From NCBI GenBank assembly GCA_040143965.1, contig JASJQH010006933.1, positions 1 through 36,682 of the forward strand: a stretch of 36,682 nucleotides of DNA. The letters run 5' to 3'. The position numbers and the translations under genes are program-made. Below are positions 25,070-35,330 of this stretch, one piece after another (positions within the stretch are counted from its first letter, which is position 1; every line of letters starts with the position of its first letter). Under the pieces are notes generated by a model. It was not told the origin of the DNA, made no database searches, and saw nothing but the letters and a program-made list of their open reading frames with translations. Origin of the DNA: Basidiobolus ranarum. Its lineage: Eukaryota.

Positions 25070-25871
25070 CTAGAGTTTAGCATCAGGAATTTCGGTTTCT
25101 GTTGCCACTTGCTCACATATTTTTAGTACCTCTTCCATTGGTGCTATGTCACCCAGATATTTCTCTCTGTATTCGTATATAACTCCTTTATCACCTTTAC
25201 CGAGAATATACAGACCACCGTATATTCTTACATAGCTCGATTAGTTCATGAAAATCGACATTTTACAAATTTATAACTCACCTTCCTTCTCCTTTCAGGT
25301 TGCCGTCAACTCCCTGTAGTTTTCACATGAGTGTTAAACTTAAGATAATAATAGACTTTTTTGTATCACTTACCGACGTGAAATAGCTATATAAGGTGGT
25401 TGGATTCAGTAAACTAGTCCAATTTGCCCAACTGAGCTTACCACCGCTACATATCATTTAGAGTTAGAAAGCAAACAAAGATTTCTTGCAGTTGATACTT
25501 ACCCAAGGGCTTTGTAGAATCCTTTGTTTTCGTCAAAATAGATAGTGCCTTGGAAAAACTCTTTGTTAAATTCCTCTACACCAAGTTCTTCATGAACAAC
25601 AGCGTACATAGGGATCCCCTAAATAGGTGTCGCTTAGCGGATTGTAAACATAAAAATTATAGAACGTTCTTACCCATTTTTCGGTGATTTGAGTTCGATG
25701 CTCAGCCAAATCTTTAGCTTCTCTACGACAAAGCTTACAACCCGGGCGCCGTACCACCATGATAAGAGCAGGAGAATGTTGCCATAGTTGGTGAGCTCGG
25801 ATTTTAGAGCTATCTCTAAAGCTCTTGAGCGCAACTTCACAAATTAGTTTGTAAGTTTGAGAAACACTCAT
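25070..25871 (-). CDS. Peroxiredoxin-like 2 (PRXL2A/FAM213, SelU Cys-homolog; AhpC-TSA_2) protein, 5 exons
   Basis: LW...PALIMVVRRPGCKLCRREA (CxxC), AVVHEELGVEEF, IYFDENKGFYKALG, GVDGNLKGEG, GGLYILG and YREKYLGD, joined by canonical introns. Ends EIPDAKL*. Confidence 0.88.
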
Positions 25872-26226
25872 AGGATACTTGCGTAGTAACAGATAGCAGT
25901 GGCAGATAGCTTGCATTTATCATCGAGACTTGCATGAAAGGAATTGATCTACGCCTTCTGGTTGGTTAGAGCCTTATCATCCACTGCTTAGTCAACTAAA
26001 ATCTGGAGTATACGATGAACGAAGCTGAGCTGTCTAAAAATTCAAGTCAGCTCAGATCTGCTCGAAGAATTTTTGCGTGATGAAATTGTACTACTAAAAC
26101 TGAGTAGAATATTGACGTAGGCCAATTTGCTCTATATAGAGTACGAAAAACTGTAGTGTTTGAACTTTTACTACACTACCTTAGCCTTTTACCTTAAATC
26201 TGTTTTTGTTAACTAAGAAGAGAGCA

Positions 26227-27318
26227 ATGTTTGCTACAGCTATAAGATCAGCTCTCAAAAACAGCACTCGGCAGATATCTGCTCCTGTCAAATTGAAAGC
26301 ACAAACCTGTTTACAACTTAGCCCTTTAGCTACTACACGCTCTAGTGTCTTCTCAAGTCTTAGACAACTGAGTACAAAGATATCCCCAATTAAATATCCT
26401 ACTAGACCAATGTCTATTCCAGGTCCCAACTTTTTCTCTTCCAAAGTTTTCTCCTCTGGACAGAGTATACGCGGCTACCATGTTTACAATCCTCGCAGAG
26501 GCTTTCATATGAGCGATACTGGATTGCTTTACACTCTCATTGGTGCTAATGTTGTTGTTTATGGATTATGGCAATACGGCATTGGGAGTTATCAACGCTT
26601 TAGAGATGGCTCAGTTTTTTACTTTCTTCAAAAAAACTTTCTCTTTACTCTTAACAATATCAAAGAAGGCAGACTGTGGACAGTATTGACTTATGCCTTT
26701 AGTCATATGGACTTTACTCATATTGGATTTAATATGTTTGCTTTGTGGACTTTTGGGCCCCCAGTAATATCTTGCTGAGCTTACTTTTACAGGCACAAGA
26801 TTAACTTTTATTTCATACGTAGGTTATGGCAGTTTTGGGACAAAAGAAGTTTCTGGCACTATATCTTGGATCAGCTGTTGCAGGGGCTTTGGGCTTCTTA
26901 TGCCATTTTAAATACTTTGAAACCAAAAGAAGCAATGTTTCAGGCCTTGGAGCTTCAGGTTAACCAAGAATCACGCGTGCATTCTATGTAGTTATTGCTG
27001 ACAATGTTCATGGGTTATAGGGAGCATAATGGGAGTGATGTCAATGTTCGCTTTACTCTATCCTACCAGCACTGTATTGATATTCTTCATAATCCCTGCA
27101 CCAGCTATTCTAGCAGTAGGGGCTTTTGCGGCGTATGATATGCTACAAAGCTATAAGTCACCTGTAAGTGATTTCCACAAGGATACTCGTATGCACTCAT
27201 GTATTCATTTATTCTTTATTAGTTAGGTAAAATTGGGCATGCTGCGCATGTAGGTGGTACATTATTCGGCATTGGTTACTATCTCACTCGCATACGTCCA
27301 TTCCTTCGAATTCGCTGA
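26227..27318 (+). CDS. Mitochondrial rhomboid intramembrane serine protease (PARL/Pcp1-like), 4 exons
   Basis: R/S/K-rich presequence, GRLWT.LT..FSH....H..FNM..L, GLGASG (catalytic Ser, across an intron) and GHAAHVGG (catalytic His). Stop TGA at 27316-27318. Confidence 0.9.
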
Positions 27319-27332
27319 TATTCCCAAATAAA

Positions 27333-27409
27333 ACGGGTACGAACCTCTAGGATTACTTAACCGTGTTGAAGGTTGAACTTTAATATTTGGTTACCTACTT
27401 CGTACCCGT
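27333..27409 (+). other. Predicted long RNA stem-loop in the rhomboid 3' UTR
   Basis: ACGGGTACGAA (27333-27343) is perfectly complementary to TTCGTACCCGT (27399-27409). Inner helices are TAGG/CCTA, TAACC/GGTTA and GTGTTGAAG/CTTTAATAT (three G-U pairs), closing a GTTGAA loop. Confidence 0.55.
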
Positions 27410-28010
27410 CTTCAGAGCAGCTCATATATGCGTCAAGCTTATTTGTAAACGCAACAATAAACATTGATGTTTAGTGTATTCAACTTAGGCATTGATCTAA
27501 AATACAATACAAAATGGCATTATCAACCTTTACTGTATTTACAAACATGTAGTATGATTTGGATATTGGTAATTCATTGTAGTCTTCAGAGAACAAGGAT
27601 ATATTGGTATTGAATCAAAGGAAGGTAACCAATGTTTCAGGAAGAAAGCTAAGCCAAGAGACACATCCCCAAATTGGCAAATCCTAACCTCGAACACTTC
27701 ATGATTGGACAACGATTGTGGATATCCCTAAAATAGGGATAGTCGAATACGGCTTAGTAATGACCTCCACATCGCTAAGCCGCCTTGATTATGGCAAAAA
27801 TTTAGCAAGGCATAAGCCAAGTTTACCTGAATCCTCGAACATCCTCGGTTTGAGTTCCACGAATTACTTATTTTGGTAGGGCTTTAGTGTCTATCTGAAG
27901 TTGAATTCCTGATTAAAATAACAGTATCCTGTCCATATTTCTAATCCCCTGATCTATATATCCATTAAAACAAGCCCTCCACAAGCCTTGTAACCTACTA
28001 AGTTTGAATT

Positions 28011-29639
28011 ATGGAACTTGTTGTGAATACTAAACACGGACATGAGATCGTATCTCATAAAAAGTCTTCCTCATTTACGATTGGAAACTCTTGCATTCTT
28101 TACTCTACTCCGTCCAATTCTCGCGAGTCAACCACTCCAGAGTACTGTTTGGGTAACTCGCTCACCATGTCATCGATTCATTCCCCACAATCACCCAACC
28201 CTGCCTCAGAGTCTTCTAATTCTCAGTCCTTAAAGCCCAGCATCTCAAAATCTACCTCTATATCGAAGAAAATCAACAAAACCCTATCTGGAGCTCCCTT
28301 TACGTCCAAGTTTTCTATACACGAACCTCCTGGGATCCCAAACTCTTATCCAAGTGCGTTCGGAGCCTTTTCTTTGAACTTACCAAAACCAAATCAGGAT
28401 GGGAATTCTACTCCAGAGAAACCATATGCCTGCAATCAATGTGACCAGTCCTTCAGTCGGCATCATAACTTGAAATCGCATTACCTGACTCATACGCAAG
28501 AGCGCCAATATCAGTGTACAATATGCCATCACTACTTTAGACGACAGCATGATCTGAGAAGGCATATTAAGCTTCATACTGGCGAACGCCCTCATGAATG
28601 TGAGTTCTGTGGAAGATCGTTCGCTAGATTAGACGCATTAAACAGGCATAGAAAAGCTGAAAATGGTAATAGTTGCAGTAATGCTCTAAAGAATCGAGGG
28701 AAAGCTCCTGTCACTTCTCAAGAGTCAGAGCAGTCAAATCAAGTTGTTGGTGATTTACATCACCAAGATCAGAGACCCATATTTGACCATGTCTATCCTT
28801 CTATCTCGGCTCCAGCACCTCCAATTTCAACTCCCACAGAATATATTTTTTATCATCATTCTCCTACAGAGTGTGATTCATCTACAGAATTTAGTACCCA
28901 CACTTCATCCTCCAAGCCCTATCCTAAGTATTCGACAAGCCAAGGCATAAGCTCAACATCAAGAATTTCAGACTCTCCTCCATCTATATATACGTGGCCA
29001 GTAAGTGATGATAGCTTTTCGGATTTCAGGACATGAGAGCACATATTAACCATCTTCTTGGCTTATAGATATCTTCCATGAAAAGCCAACTTCAAAATGA
29101 ACACTTGTCTGATTCAATGTCCCACCTAATCAATCCCACTCGAGGTGTAATGGAGGAGAGATTTAGGTTCCACAGAGAATTATCTCTTGATTCACGGCGA
29201 GATTCTTCCGTTTCATCTCGCTCGGAGGAAGGGGCTAGATCTTGCAGTGATACAAGCTACCTACATTCAGAAGAGTATCTTATAGAGAGGAATGAGTTCT
29301 TGGAACGAAGAACGAAGGAATTGGAACAGGAAGTGATATCTGAACGGAAATTAAAAAAACATAGAGAGTTTCTTGAGGATCGAGTTAGGGAATTGGAAAT
29401 TGAGGTAAGGATCTCCACATAAACCAATGCATCAGATTTGTACTTCTCTTGCCAGATACATATACCTTCATTGTTAACTGAAAACACTTGATACAGGCTA
29501 ACACCATGTTTCTATTTATGCTTCACTTCATTGAAACTCTCAATAGAAATCCCTGCTTAAGAGTCTACTGATTGAGAGAAGAGATGAACAAAATCCACAG
29601 CCAAAGCTATCTTCTGATAAGAAACGAAAGTCTACTTGA
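28011..29639 (+). CDS. C2H2 zinc-finger transcription factor with C-terminal coiled coil, 3 exons (28011-29000, 29069-29404, 29547-29639)
   Basis: Three fingers (CNQC..FSRHHNLKSH..TH; CTIC..FRRQHDLRRH..LH-TGERP; CEFC..FARLDALNRH). Phase-0 GTAAGT and GTAAGG introns link to ORF 29078-29422 and to a last exon KSLLKSLLIERR...KKRKST*. The start could alternatively be ATG 28167. Confidence 0.85.
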
Positions 29640-30060
29640 AACTAGATCTGGCGTCGATCTGATGATACATGCTTTGTTGTAAGATGATAGATTTCAACGA
29701 ATAAGACACCTTGACCAGCTCAGGTGTGCTAATCTTCTATGTAATATAGCCCGCTTTCTCGCATTTGAGTCCATTTTTCACAACTTTCCAGTGTAAATGT
29801 AGCTAAATTCCATTCTGTTCTGCCATAACTTCCCAATTAATGTGTAAAATTTTGCGAAAGATTCTCTAATATATAAATCGCTTTGATCAACCGCTCGAGA
29901 TATTTGATTGAAAGTATATATAGTTCTCGGCAACACGAATTTGTGAAAACTTTAAAACTTATCGTTTATTACTTTGTCTGTGGTAAGAACACATATGCCG
30001 ATCTTGCACTATTATGACACAATAGATTGATTAAAATACAAATGAGAGGACAGTGATGAG

Positions 30061-31209
30061 TTAAAAGACAACTCTCCATCTATCATTTTCATCCACACCA
30101 TTCCCACCACAATTAACTTCTTGGTGCTCAGCATCAATCATTGAGGAACCACTGCGAAGGAAACGATTGGTGTGAACGTGGCGAAGACAGAAAGAGTCAC
30201 CGGTCATCCAAGGACCACAACCACCTTCCCATTTCTCTACCTTCCAATGGTCATTGTTATCGGAGTTCATTTCATCACCAAAGCAGGTTACTTCTTGCAA
30301 GCCACTGGCAGGGGCGCAAGAATCGAAATGACTGTGAAGATGGTGCTTAGTTTGAATATGACGCAAGCGTACGTAACAGCCATAGTCCAAAGGTTGACCT
30401 GGAACGAGCACATCACCATTAGCAGGAATCACTTGCCAGAATTCATCTTGACCAGCATTCCAACCACCGCAGGATGGTAAAGGCTGTCCAGAACCACCAT
30501 TGTTAGGGCTTGACCAACTGTGGGTGAGGAAACGACCAGAATTGTTATGCTTCAGAGTGATCTTAGAACCGATTTTGATTTGACTATTACCATATTGATC
30601 TAAAACTGGGTAAGCATGAGGTGTAATTCCTGTTTGACCAGATGGGGCAGAGTAGTTATGATAATTATCGCTTCTGACGTCGCAACCAGCTGAAGGATTA
30701 CAGTTTGGTGATACAGGTTGAGGAGGAGGAACATAACAACCACCATTGTTGTTGTTGTTGTTTTGATAGTTATTGTTATTATTGTGTTCGTAATTGTTAT
30801 TGTTATTCTGGTAGTTGTTGTTGTTCACTGGCTTCTTTTCTTCATCAGAGTCACTACCATGATGATCAGCGAGATATTTGGCTCCCAAAGTAGCAGCACC
30901 TACAGCCAAAGCACCGGCAGCGATTCCGCCAGCAATCTATTGAAACTTTAGCACTTGTGTAAAAAGTGATATAATTAAAACCGTTTTTACCTGCCATTTC
31001 TTCTTCTTTTCTTGCTGATGCTGGTATTGCTGTTGGTATTCTTGGAGAGGCTGCTCATAACCACCTGAAGGTCCATTTTGAGGGATGTTTGGTCGACCAT
31101 TGTATCCTTGTTGACCGCTATGAGGTTGTGAGCTGTAGCCTGGTTGATTTCCATAGCCCGGTTGGTTCTGGTAGTTGGATTGATTGTTGTTGTTGTTGTA
31201 TCCGTTCAT
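30061..31209 (-). CDS. MIR-domain (beta-trefoil, SDF2/PMT-like) protein with N/Q/Y/G-rich N-terminal region, 2 exons (31209-30991, 30936-30061)
   Basis: In-frame intron 30990-30937 (GTAAAA...AATAG). Three MIR repeats: IKIGSKITLKH..SGRFLTH; YGCYVRLRH..TKHHLHSH...QEVTCFG...NDHW; FCLRH..TNRFLRS...QEV.C...DENDRW. Confidence 0.85.
30745..30825. repeat. Coding (AAC/AAT)n microsatellite encoding NNNNYQ-type repeats
   Basis: GTT/ATT triplet runs encode NNNNYQNNNNNYEHNNNNNYQNNNNNN on the minus strand. Confidence 0.9.
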
Positions 31210-32227
31210 GATGCAAAAGAATGAGTGATTACAGCATACTGTGGCATCGCACTTATATATCCTTTGGAGTGCAGAGGCCACAGAACCATTAGAGAAGTAT
31301 AGAACAGATTCGAAATTTCTCAGAAATAATTATGGAAACAGCAATATCTCTAAAAGTAAAATACTACCTATTTCGGTTACACTAATAATATTCAAATATA
31401 GACTTTCAATGGCAGTACAGCCAAGTAATGAATTTGGTGATTAAGTATAGTCTAACAAACAACGAAATTCAACTTTGATTTGCTAGAACATTATTCCAGC
31501 CGTTGCACAGGTAGCCTGAGAGTCTGTTTAAGATAATAGAGTACTTTGGTACAATCTTTTAGGATTCATCAGATTATAAATTGGCGTAGTAAATATAAGC
31601 TATTACAGGATATAGAAGATGCTACTCTCATTCCAAGGGTCCAAACGTCAACTTCAAGACTGATCTCCAGGGAACATGCATCTCCGACCAAATCTGTAGT
31701 CTATCCGAAGTTTCTATATACAAGACACTATAGATAGGTATATGCGATTATTGAATCTCTTGACCATTTGTAGCGGTTTGAGGATCCTGCTCAAAACCAT
31801 TATCCAAGTCTTTGATGAGTAATCTCCGAAGGAATCTGAGCTTACATGCCTTTCTTGGTAAATACACTCGCTATTGTAATGCAGAATCTGGGCCCTCTGC
31901 CATTCAACTGTTGAGTATCGTTCATATAATACAGAGCATATGCCATGATCTACATAGGAGCTGGAAATAGAACGCCTGAATCGAAGTATTACCGTGCATG
32001 TGGTCTATTTATAAATGTACCAATCATTAACGGCCGACGCATTATTACAGGGATTGATTCTATTTTAGATTGCTTTTTGTTTCTCCTATAATGAATTGCA
32101 CAATGTCATGTTTCCAAATTGACTCAACCATATTAGGACATTATTTATGCAATTCAACTAATAAGGGGGTATTAAATATAATCTTAATATGACTTGGTTT
32201 CTTTCATTTTTTACTCTCTCTATCTAA

Positions 32228-33175
32228 ATGCATATACGTCTCTTGTGTATCTCTTTCTTAATAGTCCCCGTATATCCTCAAGACTTGGCTCAAAGCCTAG
32301 GACTGAAGTCTACCTGGAAACCTTCTTTAGACACAGATCCTTCTGATCCTAAAGGAGGTGATTGGAATTATGTTTCAACAGCCAAAGCTACTCTTGGCAA
32401 TATAAAGATAGTCACGGACCCTCTTACCAATTCAACCCAAAAAGTGTACAGTGTATTCTATCCAAAAGATAGTTATAGTCCTCAGAAGTCTTCACAGATT
32501 GGTGGTGTTGAGTTTTTCGCTCAACCTTTCGCTGGGCAAAATTTTGACCGCGTTTTACTAAGCTACGAGGTAGGCTTTCCTGCTAACTTTCCTTGGCAAA
32601 AAGGCGGCAAACTCCCTGGGATATTTGGTGGTGATCCTAAAGAAGGTTGTACTGGAGGAGAGCCAAGTGATGGTAATAAGTGTTTCTCGGCTCGCTTAAT
32701 GTGGAGAGAACAGGGTGTTGGTGAAGTATACGCATACATCCCCAATAGTAAAGACCTTTGCTCTAATCCTCGAGCTACCTGCCGTGATAAATATGGTGTT
32801 TCGTTAGGCCAGGGAGTAAGTTTAAATCTTGGGGTTTGGAATCAATTGCAGTTATATGTTCAATTAAACAGCCCTGGAAAATCCGATGGAGACATTAAGC
32901 TGTATGTTAATGGTGAAGAGTGGTTAGATATGCCCAATATACTTCTTAGAAACACTGGTGCTATTGCAATCGATGATATCCTTTTCAGTACATTCTTTGG
33001 TGGTGGCGATGCATCTTATGCTACACCCATTGATACTTACACTTACTATAGAAATATTCAATTCAGTGTAGGAGATCCAATTCAACTAACATCAAATAGT
33101 CCTAATGAACACAGGAGGAGGGATTACTGGACATTAATCGGATCGGTGCTAGTCGGATTCTATTACCTTGGTTAA
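32228..33175 (+). CDS. Polysaccharide lyase family 14 (alginate/glucuronan lyase-like), secreted, with hydrophobic C-terminus
   Basis: Signal peptide, V.YP..SY, LSY.V.F...F.W.KGGKLPG..GG, CFSARLMWR..G.GEVYAY, YGVSLG and FSTFFGG. C-terminal RRR followed by a hydrophobic tail. Intronless. Confidence 0.88.
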   Translation: MHIRLLCISFLIVPVYPQDLAQSLGLKSTWKPSLDTDPSDPKGGDWNYVSTAKATLGNIKIVTDPLTNSTQKVYSVFYPKDSYSPQKSSQIGGVEFFAQPFAGQNFDRVLLSYEVGFPANFPWQKGGKLPGIFGGDPKEGCTGGEPSDGNKCFSARLMWREQGVGEVYAYIPNSKDLCSNPRATCRDKYGVSLGQGVSLNLGVWNQLQLYVQLNSPGKSDGDIKLYVNGEEWLDMPNILLRNTGAIAIDDILFSTFFGGGDASYATPIDTYTYYRNIQFSVGDPIQLTSNSPNEHRRRDYWTLIGSVLVGFYYLG

Positions 33176-34530
33176 CTTAGTTACTTCAGTCAATTTTCAG
33201 AACTGATTTTCTTGTGTATAATTCTTCTAAACGGTTGTTGGAATCTGGAAACATCATGATACGAGTCTACTCTTCTCGTATATCACTTCACTATAAATTA
33301 TATATATTTAATCCCCATATACTAGAAGCAAAGTCTTAATTCAGACAGGGTTAATAAATTTCTTGTTTTACAGGTCGAGAAATCCAGTCTGTTAGCGTCA
33401 TTACAGGAATTCATTCTATAAAGCTGTTTCTCAGATTCATTCTAGTCACTAACAGCGGATGAAACTTTTACGATGTGTATACAGTCGAGTAAAGCACCCA
33501 AAGTAAGTATCGAATCTCAAAATAATTTCCACACTCAATATGGGTCAGAAGAAACCACACTTGGTTTGTCTCGTGAGCTAATATTAGCCGTAATCTTCTT
33601 CATCCTGAAACTGCAAACAATTCAAGAGAAAGAGAAAGGTTGATTGATCAAACCATTGAAACTATAGTTTGATTTTTTGAAAACCTCTGTTTATAATTAG
33701 AATACGCCACACTTGAGCAGGGAAAGTGAGTGAGTGTCAGGCCAATAGAATCGCAGAACATGTACTGATTCCCGTATGACCAGTGCTTTCATTACCCCTG
33801 TGAAAATATCGGCAAGATAAGCCATATAGCGTACTTGAAGGCCAGCTAGATCTTGGAAAGGTCATTATACACCACCAGCCCAGCACGTACATAATTTAGG
33901 AAATACTTACTCCTAATCCAGGATGATTAGTTACAAAATTGGAAATATTTAGTTTGTACCTAATTTACCAGCCTCATATATCTATTACTTGCTTTTTAAT
34001 GATTATTAACCCCCCAGTTGGAAATATTTCATATTTCAATGTTTCACTGACACCTTAACACATGAATGACCATTCAACTTTACAAAAAGTAAGCCTATCC
34101 CCTGTGCTATCAGAAGTGACTCAAAATTAGTAAACAAACGACAGGGTGGAACGTGTAAACAAATCCTGAATCAGTAATTGGACTAGGCAGTAGCTCAAAA
34201 TTAGGTCAATAGTTTGTTCAGCTATATGAGAGTCTACAATAACTAAGCACTCCATATCAAAATATATGTGTTTAATTCAATATGGACGATTGACTCAACA
34301 AGGAGATGATAGGGGAGACAATCTCATCTGACCTTCCTCGAGATAGTGAAATATATGTATATATACCAGTATTGGTATCACAAGGCCTTTAGCAGATTTT
34401 CTAAGCTGATGTGTGTCTACTCAACCTTTCAATTCTTGCATACCGCCTTCGATAGAATAAGCCATTAAATCTCATGAACGTACATGAAAGCTATTGATAA
34501 TACCCAGTGTGTTGCTTCACATACCAGTTT

Positions 34531-35330
34531 ATGAGGAGTACATCTAAACCGTTGCAATTCGAAGGACTAATTGAGTGCAACGAAGATGTTCCGGAGGCAA
34601 TGCAATATGGATCTACTCCACAAACTGATTTCTACATTCTCATCATTTTGTAGAATGCTTAGAGATGCTTCTTGTTGTTTTATACAACTCTGGCAATAAT
34701 TTGGGCGAGTGAAGGATATGCTGATGGTTAACAGCGGGCTTTTTGGAGACAGTTTTACGGAATTCATAGCTACATATAGGGCTAGCACTACCTGTAATAC
34801 ATCCACGCTACTTGGATCTATTGTAACGTTATCAGAAATTGAAAAGAATCCTCTACAACGTAAACTTAAACTTGTTCTACTTAGCCATGTTGGTACCAGC
34901 ACTGAAGTTTTGCTTGATATCGAATCTGTTGCAAACTTGATCAGCTCTAATACATATGATCATTGATCGTTGTTGACGGTGTGTGCAATAGAGGCTGTAT
35001 ACATCGGTATGGACGATGGGGTTTGTATGTTGTATTGACAACAAGTCAGAATGTAATGGGCTTTAATATTAGCAAGTGTACGATGGCAAAAAAATTCACA
35101 AGACATCTAAAAGTGAGTTACATCGTCCAAGTCGAAGATTGGAGTTGGCTTCATGCTCGAGAATACTCAGTAAATGGGCTCTTCGCAGTTTGCTATGCAT
35201 ACGGTATACCTACTGCCAAAAACAGCAAAGCGGTGTATCTAGCAATTGCCACCAAAAGGCTATATAGGTACCTCAGTAACCCAGCCTGATTGATTCCACA
35301 TTGAGGTTCTACCGACAGCATTGAAAGTCT
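34531..35330 (+). pseudogene. AGX1: Alanine-glyoxylate aminotransferase (class V PLP enzyme, AGX1-like) pseudogene
   Basis: Colinear fragments in shifting frames: GLIECNEDV..AM, FVECLEML, MLMVNSGLFGDSFTEFIATY, LSEIEK...KLKLVLLSHVGTSTEVLLDIE, IVVDGVC, WGLYVVLTTSQNVMG (SQK to SQN) and NGLFAV. Multiple stops, frameshifts and deletions. Confidence 0.85.

Noticed and set aside
25070..27409. SelU-type selenoprotein with a SECIS element
   Set aside because: The redoxin has Cys codons at both CxxC positions and no in-frame TGA. The hairpin at 27333-27409 belongs to the opposite-strand rhomboid gene and lacks the AUGA/GA quartet.
1767..30951. Many 60-150 aa ORFs overlapping real genes in antisense or alternate frames (e.g. 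1767-2042, 3976-4290, 11169-11621, 18708-18989, 30172-30480)
   Set aside because: Shadow ORFs of well-supported genes with no independent evidence.
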